Part shown: one piece after another, positions 1-11,197 of the stretch | Layout: the number at the start of each line of letters is the position of its first letter | Position numbering within the stretch: position 1 is the stretch's first letter | Source: Methanobacteriota archaeon | GTDB taxonomy: Archaea; Halobacteriota; Bog-38; Methanoflorentales; Methanoflorentaceae | Direction: 5' to 3' | DNA length: 64,000 bases | Assembly: GCA_963720465.1 (NCBI GenBank) | Contig: OY970393.1 | Coordinates: 768,001-832,000, forward strand | Translations under genes and position numbers: made by a program | The notes under the pieces: generated by a model | The model's database searches: none | Told to the model about the DNA's origin: nothing | Seen by the model: the letters and a program-made list of their open reading frames with translations, nothing else

Positions 1-633
1 CTCCCCGCAAGATATTGTGTTAAGGTCGGGGTTTGCTGTCGAAACGGCGTTATAGGCCATAATTCGGCACAAAAGAAGGATGTATACGCGACCGTTCAGA
101 AGGCGTTTATTTCAAAGTACGAGCGTGCACGTTGCTGCTAAGGTAGTTTTGATAATTCCCGTGTTTTTCGACCCATCACACCACAAAGATGGCTGGCCCG
201 CTAAACAACAGCACCCAATCTGTCACACCGCCGTTAGACCTTTTTAACTCTTTCCTAGGCGGTCCGCTTTGTCATTTCTTCATCATTTTTTTTCAAGGGC
301 CTCTATGCGTTCCCCCATCGAGCCCTTACACGCTCTGAACTCTTGACAGCACTTCTCGAGCTCGTCTACGCGCTTCTTTAAGTCATTTATTTCGTTTTTC
401 GTATTCCATTTTTTTCACCTCCACGTATAAGTGCTAGAAATTGGGGGCCGGAGCCATACACATGACGCCGGCAGTTTGCTCCACCACTGCCCGTAAGGAG
501 ATGTGTTCGTGGTGTTGCGGAAGTAAGGACGCACGAAGCGGCATAACATTTCCCTTAGGGTAGAGGTTAACGCACGCCTCGATACGCCGTGCGGCGATGA
601 CGGATATACAAGACGTCCATAAGGGTGCCCGCG

Positions 634-1266
634 TTAGCGGCTGGAGAGAGAGTCCGCGATCCGTTTCTTCATCTCACGAGCGGCGCGTGTGATGTCCGGT
701 TGCGCGACAATCGCTGATATAACAGCGATTCCGTCAGCTCCTGCCTCCAGAACATCACGGACATTATTCAGCCCGATGCCGCCAATAGCCACGACTGGGA
801 CCTCGACTGCCCTCTTGATTTGCCTGATTCCGACGATGCCACAAGCGGCTCCTGCATCGGGTTTTGATGCGGTAGGAAAAACAGGACTTGCCGCGACGTA
901 ATTTGCCCCTTGCTGGACTGCGAGAATCGCATCTGCAGCACAACTCACCGAGGCGCCGATAATGAACTCACGGGGAGCGCGAGCGCGTGCCTCATGAACC
1001 TGCAGGTCGCTCTGACCTAAGTGAACGCCGTCGGCCCCGCAGGAGAGTGCCACGTCAAGCCAGTCGTTGACCACAAAAAGCACATTCGCATCCCGCGTCA
1101 CCTTCCGCATGTGTCGCCCAGTTACAACGAGATCCTGCTTATCACATTTCTTGTCTCTAAGTTGGATTGCGTCAGCTCCGCCTTCAATCGCGAGCCGTGC
1201 TATTTCCTCGTGAGACAGCCCGCCCGCCAGCGTTGGGTCCGTTATCACGTAGAGTTCGTAGCCCAT
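634..1266 (-). CDS. thiE: thiamine phosphate synthase
   Basis: LYVITD, IQLRDK, VNDWLDVAL..GADGVHLGQSD, PTASK and VAIGGI motifs of ThiE; directly downstream of thiM. Confidence 0.95.
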   Translation of the reverse strand: MGYELYVITDPTLAGGLSHEEIARLAIEGGADAIQLRDKKCDKQDLVVTGRHMRKVTRDANVLFVVNDWLDVALSCGADGVHLGQSDLQVHEARARAPREFIIGASVSCAADAILAVQQGANYVAASPVFPTASKPDAGAACGIVGIRQIKRAVEVPVVAIGGIGLNNVRDVLEAGADGIAVISAIVAQPDITRAAREMKKRIADSLSSR

Positions 1267-2071
1267 AGCTTAGATTGACCGCACCTTCGCTCGCCGGAGT
1301 AACGTCTTCTGGCAGAAGACCCGCGACCTCGTCCATTAACGCCGTCCGGAACGAATACGGCCCTGAAGTCCGGCGGGCTGCCCCCTCACCTGCAATCCCG
1401 AACGCAGCCAATGCTGCTGTAGATGATGTCACATGGTCCGAGCAGACCGCCGCAAAGGCTGCTACTAGGGACGCCGCCATGCAGCCTGTTCCTGAGAGCT
1501 TCCCCATCATTGCATGGCCATTCTCCACAGTAGCCGAGCGGGTTCCGTCTGTGACAATGTCCTTAGCGCCACTGATGACCACGGTAAGGCCCGTCCGTCG
1601 CGCATACTCCTTGCCTATGTCCAGCGCATCTCCATTGAGACCTCGCGAATCAACACCGCTGACGATGCCTCCCGCATCCGCAAGTACACCGATCTCTCCG
1701 GCGTTGCCCTTTAGCACAGAAACTCTGATCTGTCTTATAAGCAATCGTGCGCTTTCTGTCCGCATCCTCGTCGCTCCTGCACCAACCGGGTCTAAAATGA
1801 CGGGAATACCACAGGAATTGGCGGTGCGTCCAGCTTTTAACATGGAATTAACCTGATTACGCGATAGAGTCCCCAGGTTAAGCACAAGCGCATCCGCCCT
1901 TGAAACCATCTCCTCGACTTCTTCAGGCGCCTCTGCCATGACCGGGGCAGCGCCGATCGAAAGCGTGACGTTTGCGCAATCATTGATCGTTACGCTATTG
2001 GTAATGTGGTGTATAAGTGGTCGCTTTGCCCGGATCTCGTCGATTAGGCTAGCGAATGTTTGGGGCGTCAT
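1184..2071 (-). CDS. thiM: hydroxyethylthiazole kinase, probably with a 3' frameshift (natural stop at 1270-1272)
   Basis: PLIHHITNSVTINDCAN, LDPVGAGAT, KGNAGEI, GTGC motifs; start set at MTPQ (ATG 2071). Confidence 0.93.
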   Translation of the reverse strand: MTPQTFASLIDEIRAKRPLIHHITNSVTINDCANVTLSIGAAPVMAEAPEEVEEMVSRADALVLNLGTLSRNQVNSMLKAGRTANSCGIPVILDPVGAGATRMRTESARLLIRQIRVSVLKGNAGEIGVLADAGGIVSGVDSRGLNGDALDIGKEYARRTGLTVVISGAKDIVTDGTRSATVENGHAMMGKLSGTGCMAASLVAAFAAVCSDHVTSSTAALAAFGIAGEGAARRTSGPYSFRTALMDEVAGLLPEDVTPASEGAVNLSYGLRTLRDNGPNAGGRAVSRGNSTARD

Positions 2072-2194
2072 GCAGGATCTCTTGAATATCTGTATAACGC
2101 GGTATATATCCACTACCTAGCGAATATGCTCTCTTCAAACACGGTGATTCTGAGGTTCGACACCTCTGTTTGTCGCGGAAGGTAACGAAAAGGG

Positions 2195-2998
2195 ATGAAG
2201 GTTCATTTGAACAACGTCGAGGAAACGCTATTGATCCCGTTATGGGGTCGAGCACAATCAAACAGCGCGCACAATTCGCTGCTTAACGACGCGAAAGCGA
2301 TTGAGATCATTGACCGAATCGACTATGACTTCTCAAAACTCCTCGGCGTCAGATTCTCAGACGAGATTTCTGGTTCGTTATACGGGCAAAGCAGTTCGAC
2401 GATAAGATACAAGCTTACATTACCGAGCACCCACGCGGAACAGTCGTGAACATCGGCGCTGGACTTGACACCACGTTTTACCGCATCGACAATGGGTCGA
2501 TTCGGTGGTATGACATTGACCTTCCAAACGTCATCGATATCAGAAGACGGTTGCTTCCTGAAACCGACAGAACAACATCGATAGCGCGATCCATTTTCGA
2601 TTCGAGCTGGTATTCTGAAATCAAACACACGCAAGACGGCCTGTTTCTGATGGCGGCGGGCGTCTTATTTTATTTTGATGCGGCGCAGGTACGACAGTTT
2701 TTTTGTCGTTGGCAGACGACCTTCCCGGCGCTGAAATTGTGTTTGATACGTTGCCTAAACTCGCTGTTACTTTCACGAACTGGAATGTGAGGAAAGCGGG
2801 AATGAAAGGGGCTACCGTCAAATGGGCACTAAGAGATGCGAATGAAATCACGAAGGGGACAGCCGCATTACCGTGATCGATCAGGTTCCGTTCTTCAGAA
2901 ATATCCCAAGAGATCCTTCATGGGGCATAGGCACTCGCAGATTCATGGATTTCAGCGACAAGTTCAAGATCTTGAATATTTTCCATTTACGAGTATAA
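2195..2998 (+). pseudogene. class I SAM-dependent methyltransferase (leucine-carboxyl/TcmP-like), multiply frameshifted
   Basis: ETLLIPLWGRA, VNIGAGLDT, WYDIDLP motifs spread over several frames (ORFs 2195, 2446 and a C-terminal KFKILNIFHLRV*). Confidence 0.85.
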
Positions 2999-3057
2999 TA
3001 ATCAGCATTTCCATAGCGTGTCAAACTGGTTGAAGGTTCGCCTGAAGGCCCCAATTT

Positions 3058-3462
3058 TTGAGCAGACAATACGCGGCTGCAACAACAGAGGCGCAGAAAT
3101 CCATGATATTGGCGGCATGGCAGGCAATACTTGTTAATACGAACCAACGTGCTGCTGGCGGTTTCAATCTGGGGTTCTTTTTAATCTCTGTAGGTGGTCT
3201 CTTAGTCTCAGCTGTCATGTTGCGCAGCAATATCTTTAGCAAAGCAACAGCATATGTGGGAATTCTAGCTTTTGCAATCTCATTATCCGATTACGTCAGA
3301 ATAATTGTTGCACCATCGGCGCTCACCCTCACCCTCGTCATCGCCCTCGCATCCGCCGTATTTTTGATTATCTGGTTGATCTTAGTTGGCCGAAAGCTAC
3401 TCCAGATAGGCGAGCCATCTCGAAAGAACGGGCGCTTTAGTTTACAGATCAGACCACTTTAA
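3058..3462 (+). pseudogene. C-terminal fragment of a DUF4386-like membrane protein
   Basis: Three hydrophobic helices, VMLRSNIFSKATAYVGI motif, no clear N-terminus. Confidence 0.55.
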
Positions 3463-3831
3463 CTGACGGACAGGATTCGAGTTCTGCAGATGTTTTTTAC
3501 ATCCTCTTTAACTAAGTCATTCGAACGTTACTCTATATGTAAAGGAACTGATTTTTCCTCGGTCGTCGTGCCAACATGCAAGCAAGGCTCGGTTTAGAAT
3601 TTCTGAGGCTGTGTAACCGTTCGGTGCCCGGGTCGATGCTTGGATTAAAAAAACAAAGAGGTAACTAAGGCTGTTAACCGCCCCGCACTTTTAAAATGTC
3701 ACATGAACTTATTTTGGTCAAAGCATCGAACCTTTTTGAACCGGAGCGGTCACACAACCTTAGCAATTGTAGACCGAGACAAAATATAGACCAATGAAAG
3801 CTATTTGAGCGTCAATAACAAATTTGTTACA

Positions 3832-4866
3832 ATGTCTGTACTTCCAGCACACCAGACGACGATGATTGGCAGTATGCCCCATTTGACCCCCAAAGAGGCT
3901 CTTCAAGCGCTTGAACGAGTTCCACTCACTATCCCAGCCTGGCCGCAGTTGCCGAGACGGTCATTTAAGGAAGCCATGATTCCTCAGTACACCGAAGCGT
4001 TTCCGGGTATTCGAGTTGATGAGGTCGCGAAGCGCATCTGGGTGCAGGTTGATGACGACCTGCCCAATGCCATGGTTGAGTTTTATGAACACCTTGTCGC
4101 GGAGCATGTGGACGCCTTTGCGATTTCTGAAGAGTACGCCGCCGGCCTGCATGGTATGCTGCGACAGTTGGCCACTGCCAATATGAAACTTCCATTTCTG
4201 AAAGGGCACGTTACAGGCCCCTTTACGTTCGGTTTAGGGCTGGCGGATCAAGAACACCGCTCGGTCTGGTTCGACGAACAATATCGCGATGTTGTGCTGA
4301 AAGGGATGGGCATGAAGGCGCTCTGGCAAATTCAGCAATTGCAGCCCTACACTGAGCAGGTGGTGATCTTCTTCGATGAGCCGGTGCTTTCCGCGTTAGG
4401 CACGGCCGCATACATGACGATTCAGAATGAAGATGTGATTAATGGGCTGAATGAAGTCCTTGAAATCTCTCACAATGCCGGCGCGTTGGTGGGCGTTCAT
4501 TGCTGCGGCAACATGGAGTGGGGCCTGCTTGCCAGTACCAAGATCGACATCATTGCCTTTGACGCGTATTCTTATGGCGCTAAAGTGGCGCTCTATCCTG
4601 ACAAAATCCAGGCCTTTTTGAAACGCGACGGGATCTTGGCTTCGGGCCTAGTGCCGACCGGTAAAGCCGAGAAACTGCGCGCCGAAACTCCCGATAGCCT
4701 CAAGACGAAACATGAAAGCCTTATCCAGGAATTTGTCGGCAAAGGGATTGCTGAAAATCTGTTACGTGAACAATTTCTTTTCACGCCGTCCTGCGGCATG
4801 GGCACACTCTCAGAAAGCGATACGGCGATAGTGCTGAAACTGCTTGCTGCCACCCAAACCTTTTAG
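3832..4866 (+). CDS. core (folate-independent, MetE C-terminal/URO-D fold) methionine synthase, MesB/MesC-like
   Basis: IGSMPH, WPQLP, KGHVTGPFT, FFDEP, zinc ligands VHCC and TPSCG. Confidence 0.8.
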   Translation: MSVLPAHQTTMIGSMPHLTPKEALQALERVPLTIPAWPQLPRRSFKEAMIPQYTEAFPGIRVDEVAKRIWVQVDDDLPNAMVEFYEHLVAEHVDAFAISEEYAAGLHGMLRQLATANMKLPFLKGHVTGPFTFGLGLADQEHRSVWFDEQYRDVVLKGMGMKALWQIQQLQPYTEQVVIFFDEPVLSALGTAAYMTIQNEDVINGLNEVLEISHNAGALVGVHCCGNMEWGLLASTKIDIIAFDAYSYGAKVALYPDKIQAFLKRDGILASGLVPTGKAEKLRAETPDSLKTKHESLIQEFVGKGIAENLLREQFLFTPSCGMGTLSESDTAIVLKLLAATQTF

Positions 4867-5050
4867 GATTAGCAGCGTTTTTCAGCCTGGGGACGCCATA
4901 TATCTCCAGGCTTGCAGACGAGCGGTGATCTTACCCCGGAAGCATGAAGCGTTGGCCTGGCCTGTAAGCGCGTCGGCCGGGGCATTGACGTAAATTGCGC
5001 TGACTCGTTCACCTACTGCGTTACACGCCGCGCTCGCCGTTTCGAGGCGA

Positions 5051-5266
5051 TTAGCTAAAGTAAGCCACTAGGTTGTCCCAATAAAACTCGACCCACCCGG
5101 ACTCGAGATCTGCGCACAGATCTTCTGGAATGCAGGCCTGAGTAAAAACCGCCTCTGGCGCGAACCGCTCCATAACATATCCGAGGATTTTCGCCGGCCC
5201 GCCTTCTTCGAAGTCTATACGATTGCCTACTTCGGTCGGAACCTCCATATATACTAAGTAACGCAC
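5051..5266 (-). pseudogene. chimeric ORF: DUF3303-like N-terminus fused to an SRPBCC C-terminus
   Basis: First ~42 aa resemble 56457-56768; last ~30 aa (FTQACIPEDLCADLESGWVEFYWDNLVAYFS) align with the end of 31374-31763. Confidence 0.8.
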
Positions 5267-5465
5267 GATCGATCACCTCTCGCACAAGTCAACGTTCAAA
5301 AATAAGTCCTTTCACCCAGATTTCCCGCTATTTCGTCTGATTAAAAAGGTAATACGCAGGTTTGATTCCGTGCTTTCCGCGGCAAAAAAGCATCTCGAAC
5401 ACAGTTCCCGGCCAACGTGTGTAAGTATTAGCGTCACAAAGAGGCAAAAAATTAGGAGGATAATA

Positions 5466-5840
5466 ATGCCACAAGGAAGAGTAATGTATTTTGAGCTGCC
5501 TGCCGATGATCCAGCGCGGGCGATAGCGTTTTACGAGAAGGTGTTTGGCTGGACCATCACGAAGTGGGATGCGCCTATGGACTACTGGCTAGTCACGACA
5601 GGACCCGATGACGAACCGGGAATCAATGGTGCGATAATGCCGCGCAGAATGCCTGAGCAGGTGACGGTGAACACGATCAGCGTAGCGTCTGTCGACGACT
5701 TTACGAAAAAGATCGTGGACGCCGGCGGAAACGTCATGGTGCCAAAAATGGCGGTCGCAGGTCAGGGTTATCTCGCCTACTGCACGGACACAGAAGGGAA
5801 CGTTTTTGGCGTCATGGAGATGGACCCGTCTGCGAAATAG
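5466..5840 (+). CDS. VOC/glyoxalase family protein
   Basis: [36 protein letters not shown]; AGGAGG RBS before ATG 5466. Confidence 0.92.
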   Translation: MPQGRVMYFELPADDPARAIAFYEKVFGWTITKWDAPMDYWLVTTGPDDEPGINGAIMPRRMPEQVTVNTISVASVDDFTKKIVDAGGNVMVPKMAVAGQGYLAYCTDTEGNVFGVMEMDPSAK

Positions 5841-5875
5841 GATCTGCCGGGTTCATTGGACACGGGGGATCATCT

Positions 5876-6376
5876 ATGAAAAAAAAGAATCCTGCCAAGA
5901 TTACTGCAGAACCTGGAAAACAGGAGCTCCTCATCGCCCGAGAATTTGACGCCCCGCGAGAGCTCGTCTTTAAGGCATTCACCGATCCGGATCTCTATGT
6001 GCAGTGGATCGGTCCGCGAAGGCTCACTACGACTCTCGAAATATTCGAGCCGCGAAATGGTGGAAGCTGGCGATACGTTCAGACGGATCAGGACGACAAC
6101 AAATTTGCTTTTCACGGGGTAAACCATGAGGTCTTAGCTCCGCAGAGGATAATTGGCACTTTTGAGTTTGAAGGGCTCCCGGAAACAGGGCACGTTCTCC
6201 TCCAAACGGCGAGATTTGAGGAATTGCCAGGTAACCGGACAAAGCTAGCGGCTCAATCAGTCTTTCAGTCTTTGGAGGATCGCGATGGGATGATGCAATC
6301 AGATATGGAAGAAGGGGTAAACGATTCGTACGAACGTCTCGATGAGCTGCTGGAAAAACTGCAAAAAAGAACATAA
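5876..6376 (+). CDS. SRPBCC (AHSA1-like) family protein
   Basis: [37 protein letters not shown]. Confidence 0.92.
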   Translation: MKKKNPAKITAEPGKQELLIAREFDAPRELVFKAFTDPDLYVQWIGPRRLTTTLEIFEPRNGGSWRYVQTDQDDNKFAFHGVNHEVLAPQRIIGTFEFEGLPETGHVLLQTARFEELPGNRTKLAAQSVFQSLEDRDGMMQSDMEEGVNDSYERLDELLEKLQKRT

Positions 6377-6625
6377 AAGTAAGCAGGGGTTTGTTAATCC
6401 TGTTGTGAGTTGCACTTGGCACGCTATAATGAAGGAGAGCGACAAGACCATTACTTTCTAAGCGGGCTGGAATGTGAGCCAAATTAGCCGTCTGGCGTTC
6501 AATAATTCAATTTTGTCGGCCCCCGAACAAAGGTGTTCTTGCTCAACGGAGTGGTTCTATTCACGCGAAAAGTATTCTTGACGACAGTAATAGAGCGCAA
6601 AAAGGCACAAAAAAGAGACGGTACC

Positions 6626-7072
6626 ATGACGCTGCCGATACGTATCGAAAAGGATGAAATTCCGTTTTTTATTGCGGGATGCGCCGTTGAAGCAATACAA
6701 TGGGAAGTTGAAGGAATGCGGTACGAGGAGTGGCATGCCGAACGTGAACGAGGGGACGACCCGTCTGCCACGTGGCGCGATGAGATTGTGGTACCGTACC
6801 TCCAGCGCCGGTTTGAAGCGCTGGAAGTTCACAAAGATGGCCGTCTCTTCGGCATCCGACGCGAAACGCAAGAGCTGATCGATGAAGGTTTTTTGCGATC
6901 CAGAACTGCTCGAGGAATGTTTGCTCGCCAAATGTCCGGGACAAGGATGGCGGTTTGCATTAGGATGCTGTCGCAAACAACACTCGAAGTAACGCTCCTC
7001 CATAAAGGGCGGGCCTTGAGGCAGCCCCTAGTCTATTCGCGCGCAGCTGGCAAACTGCGAGTAAAGCCTTAA
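6626..7072 (+). CDS. hypothetical protein
   Basis: 148-aa ORF with protein-like composition; ATG 6626. Confidence 0.6.
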   Translation: MTLPIRIEKDEIPFFIAGCAVEAIQWEVEGMRYEEWHAERERGDDPSATWRDEIVVPYLQRRFEALEVHKDGRLFGIRRETQELIDEGFLRSRTARGMFARQMSGTRMAVCIRMLSQTTLEVTLLHKGRALRQPLVYSRAAGKLRVKP

Positions 7073-7232
7073 ATCTTTATAACTGAATTAGTAGCCGTTA
7101 CGTTGTCCGCTGTGCTTTGACACCGCGAGAGGCTTATCCGCGCCTGCGAGTGTTGGCGCCTTTAACCGATCGATTACGATCTTGGTCGGGTTCTTTTGCT
7201 GTCCTTGCTGCGGGGGAAGGGAGAACAACATA

Positions 7233-7631
7233 ATGGAACAATATGAGTTTTCATCAGACTCTACGAGCAGCGATTTAATCCCAATCGCATTGGCAGTTCA
7301 CGCCGTATTAGGCGGCCTGCCCGTTACGATGCGAAGCCAGAACCATCGCGGCGTTCAAATTGAAGACGGCAAAGTGAAAAGTCGGAACTATACGGGCCCT
7401 ATACTCGAACGAGTTCTTGCCGAGAACACATTGATAAAGACGCGGCCGCAAGCGGGGGAATACACGAACGTACCGGTCATAGTTGCCCCCATTCAGGACA
7501 GTAGAGGTTCGGCAATGGCTGCCATTGGCGTTGTCGATGTCACTGGAATATTCGACCTGGCGGATGCTATGAGCCAGCAATCGCAGATCATCAACCAACT
7601 GCGTTATTGCGCCGTGCCTGCGAGCAAGTAA
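7233..7631 (+). CDS. DUF2111 family protein (typical of methanogens)
   Basis: LAVHAVLGGLPVTMRS, YTGPILERVL, VPVIVAPI, AAIGVVD motifs. Confidence 0.85.
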   Translation: MEQYEFSSDSTSSDLIPIALAVHAVLGGLPVTMRSQNHRGVQIEDGKVKSRNYTGPILERVLAENTLIKTRPQAGEYTNVPVIVAPIQDSRGSAMAAIGVVDVTGIFDLADAMSQQSQIINQLRYCAVPASK

Positions 7632-7684
7632 GGGGACTCGGAGGCGATCGATATCGAAGAAATATGGATTGAGAATTTTGGTCA

Positions 7685-7903
7685 CTACTCGGCGGCGCCG
7701 TGAATACAATAGTAGCCTCTAGTCAGTCCGTATTGTGTGTAGACGGGGCACTTGCGGCAGCCGCATCCCAGCATTTCAGGAGGCTTTTTACTCTTACCGG
7801 TTGCGCAATGAATCCACCCGCTGCAGCGGGTAAGCTGGAACGTCGGGCAAGTCGTGCAGCAGAGACATCTGACCACGTTTTCTGATGTAATCGGAACCGT
7901 CAC
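7685..7903 (-). CDS. DUF2769-like cysteine-rich protein
   Basis: VPITSEN..CLCCTTCP..HCATGKS..GCGCRKCPVY..YYCIHGAA; GTG start 7903 after GAAGGGG. Confidence 0.75.
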   Translation of the reverse strand: MTVPITSENVVRCLCCTTCPTFQLTRCSGWIHCATGKSKKPPEMLGCGCRKCPVYTQYGLTRGYYCIHGAAE

Positions 7904-8195
7904 GAAAACCCCTTCACCAGGTAGCCTAGGCTCGTACAATAGCCCTTTTGCTCTCTCCCTTGAGACGTTAACGGCTATATCTGAAATGTCCAGGATCTAA
8001 TAAATATTACCTTCAACCGCTTCGCCGTCGTTATTAATTTGCCTGCAGAAACAGGACGATGACAAAGCCAAGGAGCAATATGACACTAGATAATGCGCAC
8101 TGCCGTGGTGATCGTGCTGGCTACGACGCTGCGCTTCAGGAATGAAACTTTGGGGGATGTTCAGCGGCGTGGACCATCAATTGTTTTCCATTATC

Positions 8196-8612
8196 TCAAA
8201 GGAAGCCGTTATACAGCTTTTTGATATCTTTGAAAATATCCTCTTTTGAAATTTCGTTGATATCACGAGGATAACGGTCTTCTTGACTAGGCCCCCGTCC
8301 ACCTCTATAGGTGCCACACGGTCCGTGTCGCCAAATTATACGCTTTACGATATAACCACCACTTGAAGACGCAGGTTCCGCCCAAATCGAATAGCGAAAT
8401 TTTCGTCGTCCCCTCTCAGCTTTCGCATGAAAGTTGTTTATCAATCTGTTATCAAGCCAAGAAATTGGGTGTCCTGGATCATCATGAATCTGGAGATCTG
8501 TCTCCCGGCCGCGTTCTTTTGGTTCGGCGTCACGGTCTTTGAGTGCGGGATTAACCACGGACTTAAAGAACTGTATAATCTCTTCCTTCGGATATTCTTT
8601 CAGTATCAACAC
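8196..8612 (-). CDS. hypothetical protein (lower GC)
   Basis: 138-aa ORF with GAGGTG near the start; no family recognised. Confidence 0.55.
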   Translation of the reverse strand: MLILKEYPKEEIIQFFKSVVNPALKDRDAEPKERGRETDLQIHDDPGHPISWLDNRLINNFHAKAERGRRKFRYSIWAEPASSSGGYIVKRIIWRHGPCGTYRGGRGPSQEDRYPRDINEISKEDIFKDIKKLYNGFL

Positions 8613-9595
8613 CTCAGATGCATCCTACGCGTCAATCTGCTCTATTTTAGCTCGAAGTAATCAAGTGTGTCGTGCGGCGAAGCGTCAGACCGGCGCAGAA
8701 CCTGATGCAAGGGACACAGGCGTTGCAGGGTTCGTGAGGGGCTTTCTTTATCAAAAACTGATCGTTTTCAAAGGGTTAAAATAGTATTAACAAGATAATC
8801 TATTCTTTGGTCAAAGCCCTAAGGCAGCTTATACCGTTTGCAGTGATTCAGCCGGTCGCACCCGGGTTTATTTTCTTGCGATCCTGTATCAAGTCTTTGG
8901 GCATTTGACCACCAGCAGTCTCTTGCTACAACGCGCCGAACTCCCAATAGAGTGGGATCGATCTGCCCCCTTCCTCCCTAACTTTTCTTCACTTTCAACA
9001 CGTTTTCGCCGCAGGATTATCACCCGGAGCGCAATAGTGGAGTTGTGCAAGCAACCTAGCCCAGAACCAGTATAGGCGAGACGAATCAGGCCGTCTACAA
9101 GCTGTTTGTCGCCTACATTCACACAATACCGCTGGAAGAGCTAATAGAAAGTTGAACGGGCCCGGCTAGATGCCAAACTAAGGTATGTGGTAATACACGG
9201 GGCTGCCTGCAGCTACTGCCTCGGCAGGGCTGAACGCCTTGAAGGATCGTACCTACGGACGTTTGCTCTCGAGTTGAAAGAACAGCTTGCCCAGACTCTC
9301 GCTGCGTTTGTCACATCGGTTCCAACAGGGCCGCATAAGCGCTTAGACGCGAAAGAGGGTGAATAGTTCGCTAAAGGCGATCCGTTTGTATTGCTGGCAT
9401 GGTCAGTAAATGGCACATCTCACAATGGGCTAATCTGCTAAAAGAATAAAGCAATCTAGGCAAACTAATAAGAGGGCTTTTCCCGATGGGAGCCCCGAAG
9501 CTATCCAGTAAATCTTGCACATTAGACCCATGGAAGGGACCATGACATACACTACGAACCTATATGAAAGATGCATTTAAAAGGATAGTCTGAAG

Positions 9596-9706
9596 ATGAA
9601 TGTCATAGCCAAATACGGATTTATTTTTTTTGTTGGCTCTATCTTAGCGGTAGGAGGCATTTGCGGTCTTATGTTCCTATTGGCCCCCATATTCGGCACG
9701 TTCTGA
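9596..9706 (+). CDS. small single-pass membrane protein (36 aa)
   Basis: MNVIAKYGFIFFVGSILAVGGICGLMFLLAPIFGTF*; AT-rich TATA-like sequence upstream; below the ORF-track cutoff. Confidence 0.5.
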   Translation: MNVIAKYGFIFFVGSILAVGGICGLMFLLAPIFGTF

Positions 9707-9842
9707 ATTCTTGACAAGTATCTCACGCCTTATCTGGGCGTTGTAGAGACCTTTCTTTTTGAGGCTTCGGTTGAGTTACGCGCTTGCGTGCGCCACTAAT
9801 CTAAAAGCCGATGAGCGCAGCCCACGTGAACTCCTAAACAGA

Positions 9843-10889
9843 CTATTCGCTCTTACTCGCAAAGAGCTTAAGATACTCCTCGTAGCCCTGCTTCTCCAGA
9901 TCCTCTTTCGGGATAAACCGAAGCGCCGCCGAGTTCATGCAGTAACGTTGCCCAGTCGGCGGGGGCCCGTCGGGAAAAACGTGACCCAGGTGGGAATCTC
10001 CGTGCTTGCTTCTCACTTCAGTCCTCACCGCGAAGAGCTTCCGGTCCTTTCTCGTCGTAACGTTCTCCGGTTCCAGGGGTTTCGTAAAGCTTGGCCATCC
10101 CGTCCCGGAGTCGTACTTGTCGAGCGAGCTGAAGAGAGGCTCTCCGGATACGATGTCAACGTAAATACCTTCCCTCTTGTTGTCATGGTACTCATTTTGG
10201 AAGGGCGGCTCCGTGCCTTCGTGCTGCGTCACCTCGTATTGAAGCGGTGTAAGCATCTTTTTCAGGGTAGCGTCATCGGGCTTGCGATAGGCCTTCGTTC
10301 CCCCCGGATTGCCGCCGGGGTTGCTGCCCGCCTTCTTCTCCTTTCCCCAGGTCTCATCGAGGAACCGGTCGCGGCCGGAGCCCAACCGGTAGATCTTATA
10401 CCGTAAGGGGCTCTTCTTGTGGTAATCCTGGTGGTAGAACTCAGCCTCGTAGAACTTTGAGAATTTCACAATCGACGTGACTATAGGCTTCTTGAACGGA
10501 CCGGATTGTTTAAGATCAGCCTTCGATTTCTCCGCGATGCGCTTCTGTTCCTCGTCGTGGTAGAAAATCGCTGTTCTGTACTGAGGGCCTCGGTCCGCAA
10601 ACTGCCCGCCCGGATCCGTCGGATCTATATGACGCCAGAAGATATTCAAGACCTGCTCATAATTCACCTTTGAAGGATCGTAGTATACCTGTATGGCTTC
10701 GTGGTGCCCGGTCTTTCCCGTTGAGACTTCCGCGTAGGTGGGGTTTTCCTTCTGACCACCCGTATAGCCAGATATGACTTTTATAACGCCGGATACCTTT
10801 TCAAAATCGGCCGCTAAGCACCAGAAGCAGCCACCCGCGAGGGTTGCGACCTTCAAATTTGTCTGCTCTTCTTGCATAGGATTGTTCAC
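9843..10889 (-). CDS. msrAB: bifunctional peptide-methionine sulfoxide reductase MsrA/MsrB
   Basis: MsrA GGCFWC and EAEFYHQDY; Msr[25 protein letters not shown]. Confidence 0.95.
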   Translation of the reverse strand: MNNPMQEEQTNLKVATLAGGCFWCLAADFEKVSGVIKVISGYTGGQKENPTYAEVSTGKTGHHEAIQVYYDPSKVNYEQVLNIFWRHIDPTDPGGQFADRGPQYRTAIFYHDEEQKRIAEKSKADLKQSGPFKKPIVTSIVKFSKFYEAEFYHQDYHKKSPLRYKIYRLGSGRDRFLDETWGKEKKAGSNPGGNPGGTKAYRKPDDATLKKMLTPLQYEVTQHEGTEPPFQNEYHDNKREGIYVDIVSGEPLFSSLDKYDSGTGWPSFTKPLEPENVTTRKDRKLFAVRTEVRSKHGDSHLGHVFPDGPPPTGQRYCMNSAALRFIPKEDLEKQGYEEYLKLFASKSE

Positions 10890-11197
10890 CGGTTTTGTTT
10901 TTTTGCCTCTATCCTAATACTCGCTTAGCGCGAATATCAGCGAAAACATGATGATAAGGATTTTCATGGGAATTCCGTGTCTCGTTTCACCCAAGGCCCT
11001 GACAGAGTAAGGAGAGTACAGTTAGTAACAATTCCCATCGGCAAATCCTTCACCGCGCGTTCAACATCAGCCTAGTTTGAGTAAGCACAGTCATCGCCTA
11101 TATCGGCGAACGTCACTTTCTTTTAATCGCTCAACTCGACGCTAAAACTACTCGCATTATGAAATTACTGTAGGCGTAGTTCAAAAACCTCCAAGAT

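Noticed and set aside
234-409. Coiled-coil microgene with GGAGGTGA RBS on the minus strand
   Set aside because: The ATG frame stops after 8 codons and the coil-like frame needs frameshifts; too degraded to call.
2072-2194. TPP riboswitch upstream of thiM
   Set aside because: No CUGAGA/AUACCUG core; a TATA-like box sits about 35 nt before the start, leaving no room for an aptamer.
3465-3490. tRNA T-arm-like CAGGATTCGAGTTCTG as an att site
   Set aside because: No cloverleaf, no CCA end and no second copy.
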